DNA of 43,801 nt from a virus (taxonomy: Duplodnaviria; Caudoviricetes). The stretch lies in the IMG/VR virus record IMGVR_UViG_3300027697_000035, positions 1-43,801 of that record. One strand, given 5' to 3'. Position 1 is the first letter of the stretch. Every line of letters begins with the position of its first letter. This document shows positions 25,928-33,774 of the stretch, one piece after another. Under the pieces are notes generated by a model. It made no database searches. It had not been told where the DNA came from and was given only the letters and a program-made list of their open reading frames with translations. The position numbers and the translations under genes are program-made.

Positions 25928-26884
25928 TTACGCAGCTATCTGCGCCCAATTTGGGGTTTGAGCATCATCAACATCTGTCCAAGTGCCCGTTTGACTATCA
26001 TCGACGGCTACCCATCCCGCTACTTGCGCGTCGTTAACCGCACTCCAAACACCCGTTTGACTATCATCCACCGGCACCCAGTTGGGGTTTTGGTCGGGAA
26101 TGATCTGCCCCCATATCCTAACATCACCAACAACGCAAGTCGTCGTGACGCCAACAAGAAATACGTTGGCGTCAATAATGAACCCGACAGCGCCCACAAC
26201 TCCCGTTGTAGTGATACCTGTGAGGGCTACATCAGCGTCAATAACAAAACTGACAGCCCCAACTACGCCCGTCGTCGTGACGCCTGTGAGGGCTACATCA
26301 GCGTCAATAACAAAACTGACAGTCCCAACTACCCCTGTCGTCGTAACGCCGGTAACCGCAGCTATCGTGTTAGGGAGAACAGTCGGTGTGCCGACAACCA
26401 CATCTGTGGTGATCCCCGTGGGAGCTACAAACGTAGCCTGCTGGGCAACTACCGTCCCTACTACGCCCGTCGTCGTTACACCAGTAAGAAATACCTCAAC
26501 ACTAGGTATAACGATAACTGAGCCTACGACACCCGTCGTAGTGACGCCTGTGAGGGCTACATTAGCCGCACCCGAAACAGAAACGGTGCCTACGACACCC
26601 GTCGTAGTGACGCCTGTGAGAGCTACATTAGCGGAGCCGGTGACAGTAACTGAACCTACGACACCCGTCGTAGTGACGCCTGTGAGGGTTACATTAGCGG
26701 AGCCGGTGACGGTAACTGAACCTACGACACCCGTCGTAGTGACGCCTGTGAGGGTTACATTAGCCGCACCTGAAACAGAAACAGTACCAATGACGCCCGT
26801 CGTAGTGACGCCTGTGAGGGCAACTGAGGTACTTACCCAAGCAGTGGAAAACGGCGCTCCAGAAAATGGCGCGACGGAAAACAT
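25928..26884 (-). CDS. repetitive virion (fibre-like) protein
   Basis: About 11 copies of a 22-aa unit LTGVTTTGVVG.V......V.; C-terminal Trp/Asp 11-aa repeats. Confidence 0.75.
   Translation of the reverse strand: MFSVAPFSGAPFSTAWVSTSVALTGVTTTGVIGTVSVSGAANVTLTGVTTTGVVGSVTVTGSANVTLTGVTTTGVVGSVTVTGSANVALTGVTTTGVVGTVSVSGAANVALTGVTTTGVVGSVIVIPSVEVFLTGVTTTGVVGTVVAQQATFVAPTGITTDVVVGTPTVLPNTIAAVTGVTTTGVVGTVSFVIDADVALTGVTTTGVVGAVSFVIDADVALTGITTTGVVGAVGFIIDANVFLVGVTTTCVVGDVRIWGQIIPDQNPNWVPVDDSQTGVWSAVNDAQVAGWVAVDDSQTGTWTDVDDAQTPNWAQIAA
26130..26825. repeat. 66-bp-period coding tandem repeat
   Basis: GTGACGCCTGTGAG recurs at 26541, 26607, 26673, 26739 and 26805 (exact 66-bp spacing), with more degenerate copies to the left. 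Confidence 0.95.
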
Positions 26885-28329
26885 TATCTGGCTTCAAGCA
26901 CCGCGATACGGGCTTTGAGGTCTTCGATCATTGCTTGCTGTTCTTGCACAGCTTTAGTCAGCAGGGACACCATGTTGCCGTAAGCAAGTGCGTCGGGACG
27001 ATTCTGCTCGTCGTACTGCACAAACTGAGACAGCCCAATGTCATGCACTTCCTCGGCAATGAATCCACCAAAAACGGTATCGCCGTCGTTGTTTCCCTTG
27101 TAGGTAACAGGACGAAGTTGCATTACCTCAGTAAGGCCGTAGGTCGCATTCTCGACACTGTTTTTATACCGCAACGAAGATGTGCTGCGTTGAAGAATAC
27201 CGCTGGCCGAACTCATCACCATATTGGCAGCAGTGCCCGTAGTGCTGGCGTAGGCATCTGGGCATCTAAACGCGCCGTCTACGACGTAAAGGCCGTCTGC
27301 GGAGCTATAACGAACTCGTTCTGCAACAGTACCGGCTTTTATTGTGTTCAGCACCAACGTCCCATCTTCGGAACCATTAGTGGGATCTGCGATTGTCGCT
27401 GCAAGTCTGACGTATTCGGTTTGAACAGCGGCACTGTCATTACCGTAAAAACGTAAATTGGCAATGTCGTCCGACGCCGCAGGGGACGCACTGTTTTTCA
27501 GAAAATTGATGTTCATACCGCTTGCGCCGGAATCGGTATCAACAAAATATGCGTTTGCAAGCGCGGTAGAGCGTACTGTGAGTGAATAGCCGGAAACAGG
27601 AACGCCGCCGGCAGCAAGGGTGCTGGATGCACTTAGAGTGGTGAAGCTGCCCGCAGCGGCGGTCGTGCCGCCAATAGCCGGAGGAGAAGCTAAGTAGGTG
27701 CTAAAGCCTGTACCACTGACGGTCGAAGATGCACTTAGGGTGGTGAATGCTCCTGTGTTTGGGGTAGTAGCCCCTACGGTACCGTTGTGAGGGCCAGAGA
27801 ACTGCGTATTAGCAGTGATCGTAGTTCCTGTAATAGCCGCAGGGGTCGTTCCACCAATAGCCGGAGGAGAAGCTAAGTAAGTACTAAAGCCCGTACCACT
27901 GACGGTTGAAGATGCACTTAGGGTAGTGAATGCTCCTGTGCTGGCAGAAGTTGCGCCCACCGTCGTGCTATTAATAGTGCCCGCAGTAAGGTTATATCCC
28001 GCGACGTTACCACTAGAATCGCGATAAACCGCTTTACTGGCTGGATAGACGCAGAAGACGTTGGACGTACCGGCGAGGGTGATAGCCGAATTAAAGTTTG
28101 AAGAAGATAAAATGGTAGTTCGCGCAAGCGAATTGGGGCCGGTGGTAAAAGTCCCAAGCCCAACTTCCCATGCAGTGCCGTTAGTAATGCAATAGTATGT
28201 GGTGTCTCCGTTGTTAAACCCTGCGTTAAAAAACGATTGAAACCCGGACACAGCTCCGCCAAGGGTAACTGTGCCCGTACCTGTAGTCGTCGTCGTTTCT
28301 TGTACGCGGTCGAAGACATTGAACGCCAT
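26884..28329 (-). CDS. tail fibre/spike with C-terminal intramolecular chaperone (peptidase S74) domain
   Basis: N-terminal DRVQETTTTTGTG...WEVGLGT; C-terminal SSLRYKNSV...VMQLRPVTY...GFIAEEV...Y..MVSLLTKAVQEQ plus coiled coil. Confidence 0.88.
   Translation of the reverse strand: MAFNVFDRVQETTTTTGTGTVTLGGAVSGFQSFFNAGFNNGDTTYYCITNGTAWEVGLGTFTTGPNSLARTTILSSSNFNSAITLAGTSNVFCVYPASKAVYRDSSGNVAGYNLTAGTINSTTVGATSASTGAFTTLSASSTVSGTGFSTYLASPPAIGGTTPAAITGTTITANTQFSGPHNGTVGATTPNTGAFTTLSASSTVSGTGFSTYLASPPAIGGTTAAAGSFTTLSASSTLAAGGVPVSGYSLTVRSTALANAYFVDTDSGASGMNINFLKNSASPAASDDIANLRFYGNDSAAVQTEYVRLAATIADPTNGSEDGTLVLNTIKAGTVAERVRYSSADGLYVVDGAFRCPDAYASTTGTAANMVMSSASGILQRSTSSLRYKNSVENATYGLTEVMQLRPVTYKGNNDGDTVFGGFIAEEVHDIGLSQFVQYDEQNRPDALAYGNMVSLLTKAVQEQQAMIEDLKARIAVLEAR
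27661..27940. repeat. ~97-bp direct repeat (27661-27757 and 27844-27940) within the tail fibre gene
   Basis: Both copies encode TGAFTTLSASSTVSGTGFSTYLASPPAIGGTT, 183 bp apart, differing only at synonymous sites; a partial third copy lies near 27626-27645. Confidence 0.9.
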
Positions 28330-28338
28330 AACACCCCC

Positions 28339-28821
28339 TTACTGAAGCTGGATGATTGCCGCAGTGGTGCCGGAAGCATACGTCGGAAATGTCACCGTGA
28401 ACGTACCGCTGGTCACCGATTTAGCGCCGCCAAAGTCCAGTACCGCAACAGCGCGGTCAGACTGCGAGGAGTTGTAGATCAAAGCGCCGTAAGCGGTGAA
28501 CGTAGCCGAAGTCCACGAAGTCGTCGAAAAGCTGATGTACGCCACGTTGTTGGTGCTGGTCGTATCAGTCGTCGGAGCCGTGGAGATCGTCAACGTATTG
28601 CCGCCAGTGGTGTAGCCACTACCGGACGCAAGCTGTCCCGAAACCGTGTAAGCCGTGGTGGTCTTAGTCAGTGTTGCGGTATTGTCGTACAACGCCATTT
28701 TGAACGTATCCGGCGTCGTATTCAGAGTACGCGCAGGGTTTGCTGACGTTGAAAACAGGTGGTAGCACTGCATCAACTCCGCTTTGAAGCTGGCGCACAT
28801 TGCGCTTCCGGTAAAAGCCAT
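28339..28821 (-). CDS. putative virion structural protein
   Basis: MC.SFK.EL...FKMALY...SGYTTGG..L...GALIYN...AVAVLDFG..K..T.GTFTVTFP pattern; located in the tail region. Confidence 0.7.
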   Translation of the reverse strand: MAFTGSAMCASFKAELMQCYHLFSTSANPARTLNTTPDTFKMALYDNTATLTKTTTAYTVSGQLASGSGYTTGGNTLTISTAPTTDTTSTNNVAYISFSTTSWTSATFTAYGALIYNSSQSDRAVAVLDFGGAKSVTSGTFTVTFPTYASGTTAAIIQLQ

Positions 28822-28822
28822 A

Positions 28823-29110
28823 TCAAATCTCCTTTACAATGGACGCCAACTCAGGCGCACCAGCTTTTGTCAAAGCATTAGCAATCGTTACGCGGTCGTG
28901 CATCACCGCCTGCCGCATATGGTCTAAAACCACATCACGAACCAAGGCACGGTAGGTCAGCGCCTGCTCGCGAATTTCTCTGGGAGCCGAAACAGACACA
29001 CTTAAAATCTTATCCATTGCCAAGTCGGCAAGTTCATCCGGCGTAAGTCCACGGTAGTCCGTAGTGATGACTACTGGAGATCCTACGGTTCCACCCATCG
29101 CATCTAACAT
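28823..29110 (-). CDS. hypothetical protein
   Basis: Tightly packed ORF in the structural operon; predicted helical. Confidence 0.7.
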   Translation of the reverse strand: MLDAMGGTVGSPVVITTDYRGLTPDELADLAMDKILSVSVSAPREIREQALTYRALVRDVVLDHMRQAVMHDRVTIANALTKAGAPELASIVKEI

Positions 29111-29118
29111 TCAGCCCC

Positions 29119-29754
29119 CTAAGTGACCGGATAGCGTACTTGACCAGAACGGTAAGCATCGCGGCGGTCTTTACCATCACCAAGCTGTTTCAACAGCCCC
29201 ATCGCTTCATCGTACCGTTTCTGATACATCACGAGTACGTCCTGCTCACCCTTCATGTAGGTGTACGCTTCCAGCAACGCGCCGTAAAGCAGCGTGGAGT
29301 CAAAATTATCACCCAGCCAAGTAGTGCCAGCGGTGACGATGGACTCGGGGTAATAGTAGTAGTGAAGCTCGGCGGTGTAAGCTAAATCCGGGGTCGGCCC
29401 AAGGATGAACGAATTAGAGTCGAAGATGGCGTAATACTCAGGAAGTCCGCGATCTAACACTGCCGTCGTCGGATAGGCTGCGCGGATAAAATTCACATCT
29501 TTATTAAGCAGGTATTGATACTCTCCAGCAGCATCAATCACCGCCAACGAAAACGTCGCCAGCCAGTCGGTGGGTACTGACAGATATTTATTCCCGATAG
29601 TCAGAGATCCAGTCACATTTTTACGGATAGCCGGAAGCTGAACAGTGTTATAAATCCGCTGCTCTGCCTGCTCGATAAACGTATTAATGTCAGCCGTAGC
29701 GAACTCGTTCTCTACATACGACTGAATCTCCGTCACTAACTCGGAATAATTCAT
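29119..29754 (-). CDS. head-tail adaptor / tubular protein A-like
   Basis: MNYSELVTEIQSY...FIEQAEQRI, GLPEYYA, LGPTPD..Y..ELHY, LLYGALLEAY: helix / beta-insert / helix adaptor layout. Confidence 0.7.
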   Translation of the reverse strand: MNYSELVTEIQSYVENEFATADINTFIEQAEQRIYNTVQLPAIRKNVTGSLTIGNKYLSVPTDWLATFSLAVIDAAGEYQYLLNKDVNFIRAAYPTTAVLDRGLPEYYAIFDSNSFILGPTPDLAYTAELHYYYYPESIVTAGTTWLGDNFDSTLLYGALLEAYTYMKGEQDVLVMYQKRYDEAMGLLKQLGDGKDRRDAYRSGQVRYPVT

Positions 29755-29757
29755 CTG

Positions 29758-30018
29758 TTAGCCCATCTTATCGCTAGCCATCGTGCCCTTGGTCGCCGCA
29801 CCACATCCACGGATTTTAATGGTCTGCTTCTTCGGTGCCTGATCAAAATCAACGGTGGAATAATTTCCCACGCTGATGCAATCAGAAGGCATCGGCTTGA
29901 CATTGCGACCAGTGAAATCTTTAGCGTTCACAGCCTTCCCAGTCATCGTATGCGGCTCGGCGTAGACCGACGCTGGGCCTACCTCCTTACCTCCACGTTT
30001 CATACTGTATTTAGCCAT
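29758..30018 (-). CDS. small basic protein with MKRGG and RGCGAATKG motifs
   Basis: Lys-rich, 86 aa, coupled to the upstream ORF (TAATG). Confidence 0.75.
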   Translation of the reverse strand: MAKYSMKRGGKEVGPASVYAEPHTMTGKAVNAKDFTGRNVKPMPSDCISVGNYSTVDFDQAPKKQTIKIRGCGAATKGTMASDKMG

Positions 30019-30209
30019 TACCGCCCCCGCTGATTGTTAGCACGGGCCATGTTCCGGCCCACTTTCCGCATTTCCAAACCAGTCGGGCCACCTTTCTTCA
30101 TGCACTTGGTAGCGCCGCCCTTGTTGAACCCTTTGGCTTTGTTTGCCGGTTTAATGTCATGCTGTTCTTGCATGTGCTTGCTCAAGCCGCCATTGTTCAT
30201 CTTCTTCAT
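30018..30209 (-). CDS. small basic protein with three [MF]xxGG motifs
   Basis: MNNGG, FNKGG and MKKGG in 63 aa; overlaps both neighbours. Confidence 0.75.
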   Translation of the reverse strand: MKKMNNGGLSKHMQEQHDIKPANKAKGFNKGGATKCMKKGGPTGLEMRKVGRNMARANNQRGR

Positions 30210-30589
30210 GAGATAGTCACTCCTACTGTTCCTACTACACCCACCGCTGCCAAATCATTTGGCGTCAGCGCACTGTTACCGCCGAATCCTACTGGATTCC
30301 AGCCCCATTGAATCTGCCGGCTACCTTCTCCCAAAGCGCCCAAATAGTTCAACCCAGACACAATGTATGTGTTATCCCGGCGGGGGTTCCGCACGGCTTG
30401 GGGATCTTCTACCGGGTATAGCCCCTGCAAATTTTGCGGGTGGTCGGGTTCCCAGCAGGTCGGACAAACCAAAATATTGGTCTTCTTTGTCCGAATGACC
30501 AACTCTTTCAACTGCTTCAGCTTATACCTCTGGCCGCACCTATCGCACTCGGCAATAGCAATCCGACCAGATGTAAACTTATTGCTCAT
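30206..30589 (-). CDS. zinc-ribbon protein
   Basis: CDRCG...VCPTCWEPDHPQ. Confidence 0.75.
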   Translation of the reverse strand: MSNKFTSGRIAIAECDRCGQRYKLKQLKELVIRTKKTNILVCPTCWEPDHPQNLQGLYPVEDPQAVRNPRRDNTYIVSGLNYLGALGEGSRQIQWGWNPVGFGGNSALTPNDLAAVGVVGTVGVTIS

Positions 30590-31302
30590 TGGATGAACAT
30601 CTCACGCGGCACAATTCGCCAAGCCGCTTTCTCACGATCCTCATCCGATGCCTGCTGCCAAGCCTCGTCATACATCTGCTTAAGCATAGGAATCCGTTGC
30701 GCTGCTTCTGGGATCTTAAGCGCCACATAGTACGCCAATCCCGCCACCATTGCAGGTAGGAAACGAAACGGGATGTCTTGCGTGTTGACGCCAGTCCCGG
30801 CGTCTAACATCCGGCGAAGCCGCCAATACACAAGTTGGTAGGTGTCGGAGACGTTGGGCACAGGCCACAACGTGAACGTCGGATACTGCACGCCGCTGGG
30901 TTCAGTAGCCCCGCTCTGCCGGTTGATGTAAATCTGGATCGGACGACCCTGCGCGGTCTTATTGGGTAGGCTGGAGTAGGTCGAAACGCTAATGCGCGAA
31001 ACCGGGATGTCCGATTGAATCGAAGTCCCCGCATTGGTACGGATAACGTGTTCCATCAAGTCAACGGTGTCTACGGGGAGGGGGTAGGTAGCTTGCCCTT
31101 GGGAGAGGGCGACCGTGTCTGACTCAACTGTCCACAAATTAATCCCGCGATTCGCCCACTCGGCAAACATCAAATTAAGACTGCGCCGGGCCGTCCGAAA
31201 TTCATAACCAGTTCTCAACTCCGCGCCCGCCCGCTCAAACGCCTCTTCGATCAACTCGTTGAGGTTGAGGTTAAATACCGGAGGAGACGCGGAGGTAGTC
31301 AT
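30586..31302 (-). CDS. second head-tail adaptor-like virion protein
   Basis: LIEEAFERAG...ARRSLNLMFAEWANRG, Y.LP.DTVD, GRPIQIY, LWPVP, IPFRFLPAMVAGLAYY: same overall layout as 29119-29754. Confidence 0.65.
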   Translation of the reverse strand: MTTSASPPVFNLNLNELIEEAFERAGAELRTGYEFRTARRSLNLMFAEWANRGINLWTVESDTVALSQGQATYPLPVDTVDLMEHVIRTNAGTSIQSDIPVSRISVSTYSSLPNKTAQGRPIQIYINRQSGATEPSGVQYPTFTLWPVPNVSDTYQLVYWRLRRMLDAGTGVNTQDIPFRFLPAMVAGLAYYVALKIPEAAQRIPMLKQMYDEAWQQASDEDREKAAWRIVPREMFIQ

Positions 31303-31460
31303 TACTTCTTACTCTTCTTTGCGGTCTTGGCAGACTGCGTGAACGCTTTATCAGTCGGCGCGCCGGGGGAGTTGGGTTTCCGCATTTTTTCTTTGCTACC
31401 CGCCGCAATGCGGGCTTTTTTCGCGTGAATGTTAGCGTACAGCCCCGGTTTAGCAGCCAT
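31302..31460 (-). CDS. small basic protein (52 aa; absent from the ORF track)
   Basis: Manual translation MAAKPGLYANIHAKKARIAAGSKEKMRKPNSPGAPTDKAFTQSAKTAKKSKK; TAATG-coupled at both ends, filling the gap exactly. Confidence 0.85.
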   Translation of the reverse strand: MAAKPGLYANIHAKKARIAAGSKEKMRKPNSPGAPTDKAFTQSAKTAKKSKK

Positions 31461-31708
31461 TATTTCTTAAACCCCTTTAACGTCTGCGCCAACCGCGCAC
31501 GTTTGCCCATCAACCCCGGAGCCTTAGCAGCTTTAGCAAGTTTACCCGCAGGGATGGGTTTGTCACCCTTGACGCCCAAGGAGGCGCGGAGCGCCCCCGG
31601 CTTCTTGATAGCCCCGGCGATCCAGTTGGTGCTGCCACCCTTACTCAACGCCTTAGCCTTCGGCATTTTCGCTTTGCTCATGATGCCCATACCGCGTGAA
31701 ACTCTCAT
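31460..31708 (-). CDS. small basic protein
   Basis: 82 aa, K/A/G-rich (WIAGAIKKPGALRASLGV...RARLAQTLK); contains LSKGG. Confidence 0.8.
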   Translation of the reverse strand: MRVSRGMGIMSKAKMPKAKALSKGGSTNWIAGAIKKPGALRASLGVKGDKPIPAGKLAKAAKAPGLMGKRARLAQTLKGFKK

Positions 31709-32037
31709 CGCATCGTCCCTTTGGTGTGGCCTTTCTTGCAGCAGCCATCCCCGCGAGTTTTAACCACCCCGCCTTTGGCGTAGGTTTTGGTTTTCACTTT
31801 GCCGCCCTTACGCATCTGCTGCGGTTGGGCAACGGGCTGGCCGATGTTCAGAGGGCCGTAGGCTTGCGGGGCAGCGCGAACGCCACCCACTCCGGTTTCG
31901 GAACCAATCTGCACCAACGGGGCATTGTTACCCAACCCAATCCCGCTGTTAGAGCCACGAGGTTGGTCAAAAGCGGACTGGATTCCAGAAGAAGCAGTGC
32001 CGCCATCTACAAATCGCTTAGTCCGCTTTTTCATCAT
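31705..32037 (-). CDS. small basic protein with FVDGG, MRKGG and YAKGG motifs
   Basis: Start reassigned to ATG 32037 (TAATG-coupled to the upstream stop); ends RGDGCCKKGHTKGTMR. Confidence 0.75.
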   Translation of the reverse strand: MMKKRTKRFVDGGTASSGIQSAFDQPRGSNSGIGLGNNAPLVQIGSETGVGGVRAAPQAYGPLNIGQPVAQPQQMRKGGKVKTKTYAKGGVVKTRGDGCCKKGHTKGTMR

Positions 32038-32906
32038 TACATTTTCACTCGTTTGAGCTTGGTTTTGCCACGAATCGCGCAACCGTCGATGCTGCCGCCC
32101 TTGGCAAACTTCATTACCTTACCGCCGCCGCGTTTCATGTCCTTGGCTTCTTTCTCTTCGTGCTTGATCATGGATTTCGGAGCGCCCTTCTTTTTGAAGA
32201 ACGAAACCTCCTTCTTGACCATTGCCTTGGATTCTTTCGCTTTTTTCACATTGCCGCCTTTTTTATATCCTCGCCCAGTAGCCGCTCCGTAAATATCCGA
32301 AGCGCGTCGGGAAGCTTTTTCCCCCATCACCCTTGCAGGGTTAACAACTTTACCGGGGATGGTGCCCGCAACATCTTTCATGAGTTCCGGAATCGTAGCG
32401 CCCTTAAACGCCCCAGTCACAGCAGGGGCACCGGCAACCGCGCCCATCATTGCAGCGGTGGCGTCCAGATCTTTCATCCGGCTCTCTTTACGGTATTGGT
32501 TCGCCAAAGAACCTTTTCTATCAGCTTCACGAGACGCCATGTTTTGGACTTCACCAGCGGAGTACTTGCGTGGAGGGATTTTCCCCAGTTCACGAGGCGA
32601 AGTACGCGCAGAAAGGTCTTTCAGAGCCTTCCGAGTACCATCTTCCGCTTCGGGTTTGGAAGAGGACGGCGACGACGAAAAATTTCGAGTCCCTGTCTGA
32701 CCCATCGAAGTACGCGGCTTATCACGTTCCGCTCGGAATTTCGCCGTGTCAGCAGTGGTGCTGTACTTAGTGCGGCGCGGTTCATCTTTACGCTCAGTGG
32801 TGTACTCTTTAGTAGCCCCGTCCTTGCCCTTAAATTTAAATTTAAGGTCACCGCGATCACGAGCGGCGGCAAATTCTTTTTCAAAAGGCGAAAGCTGTTT
32901 AGCCAT
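32037..32906 (-). CDS. basic low-complexity protein with YKKGG, MKRGG and FAKGG motifs
   Basis: AGGAGA SD; N-terminal FEKEFAAAR..G...FKFKGK....YTT; very Lys-rich C-terminus ending DGCAIRGKTK. Confidence 0.8.
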   Translation of the reverse strand: MAKQLSPFEKEFAAARDRGDLKFKFKGKDGATKEYTTERKDEPRRTKYSTTADTAKFRAERDKPRTSMGQTGTRNFSSSPSSSKPEAEDGTRKALKDLSARTSPRELGKIPPRKYSAGEVQNMASREADRKGSLANQYRKESRMKDLDATAAMMGAVAGAPAVTGAFKGATIPELMKDVAGTIPGKVVNPARVMGEKASRRASDIYGAATGRGYKKGGNVKKAKESKAMVKKEVSFFKKKGAPKSMIKHEEKEAKDMKRGGGKVMKFAKGGSIDGCAIRGKTKLKRVKM

Positions 32907-32915
32907 TTCTATCTC

Positions 32916-33176
32916 CTAACAATTCCACGCCCGAAGGCTTTTGTTGATCCTGCTGTTGGGGTCGCTGGCGGTTTTTTTGCTAGTCAGCTTCTTCTTCATC
33001 CCTTTCATCCGGGCACAGAATGAATCCCTACGCGGGCCACCTTCCGGCTGCGGAGCTTTCAACCCCGGCTTACCGGGGTTAGCTTTGTTGTAGGACGCAC
33101 GGCCTTTGGCGTTCAAACCGCCCGATTCGGCTTTACCTTCTTTACGAGTCCACGCTTCAGTTTTGTGTTTAGCCAT
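32916..33176 (-). CDS. small basic conserved phage protein
   Basis: Start reassigned to ATG 33176 (TAATG coupling); AWTRKEGK..SGGLNAKGRASY...RRDSFCARM.GM...SRINKSLRAWNC. Confidence 0.8.
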   Translation of the reverse strand: MAKHKTEAWTRKEGKAESGGLNAKGRASYNKANPGKPGLKAPQPEGGPRRDSFCARMKGMKKKLTSKKTASDPNSRINKSLRAWNC

Positions 33177-33772
33177 TATCCCACCTGAGCTATAGTTACA
33201 ATGACAGACGCAGTTGACGGATACGGAGGAGATACAGACGCCGCATAGGGGGTAAGTGTGATTCCTGACGTTTCTTTTAACCAATACAATTCTACATATT
33301 GACTAGCAGTCAAGTTAAGGAAATAGTTCCAGCCCGTAACAATATGACTGGGTGCGCCTACACTTTTACGGGAGGGAATGCTAATTAACCCCGTAGACCC
33401 GGCTAAATCTGCCCCATTGATACGCACCCAAACCCAAATGTCTTGGACAGCTTGGTCTAAATTTTGAAATTGCCCACTCCATTGAAGGTTGTACACCCCC
33501 GTCACAGGAACCGTAAGCCGAGATCCTGATACAAGCGTAACCCCATCAATAGCGTCGGCGGTATCGAACGTCATCGCCGTGGGAGTGGTCGTAGACCCTG
33601 TTTGAGTTGTGGTGTCTTGCCAAGCGCCAAAGTTGCTATAATTGGTGCGGAATAACGTACCAAATGCACTGGAAGGCGTCTGGACGTTCACACCACCCTG
33701 CACCAACGGCACAAGTTCTGTGCCTGTTAACGCAGTAGCAAAGGCCATCGCTGAAATTTTAGTGTCGGCCAT
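33176..33772 (-). CDS. putative virion protein with C1q/TNF-like beta-sandwich C-terminus
   Basis: MADTKISAM...PLVQGG.N anchor; SRLTVPVTGVYNLQWSGQF...YVELYW. Confidence 0.6.
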   Translation of the reverse strand: MADTKISAMAFATALTGTELVPLVQGGVNVQTPSSAFGTLFRTNYSNFGAWQDTTTQTGSTTTPTAMTFDTADAIDGVTLVSGSRLTVPVTGVYNLQWSGQFQNLDQAVQDIWVWVRINGADLAGSTGLISIPSRKSVGAPSHIVTGWNYFLNLTASQYVELYWLKETSGITLTPYAASVSPPYPSTASVIVTIAQVG

Positions 33773-33774
33773 GT

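Noticed and set aside
26130-26825. Regularly spaced 66-bp repeats as a CRISPR array
   Set aside because: The repeats are in frame within a CDS, vary at third codon positions, and the 'spacers' are similar to each other.
26082-26918. 278-aa + strand PTTPVVVT-repeat ORF
   Set aside because: Mirror of the repetitive minus-strand gene, which fits the operon direction and spacing.
27661-27940. Direct repeat as a DGR template/variable repeat pair
   Set aside because: No reverse transcriptase in the window; differences are synonymous and not adenine-specific; both copies are in the shaft of one ORF.
32916-33284. Cys-rich N-terminal extension (with YSSGG) of the 122-aa ORF as called in the track
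   Set aside because: It overlaps the upstream gene; the TAATG-coupled ATG at 33176 is the more plausible start, so this YSSGG was not counted as a tag.
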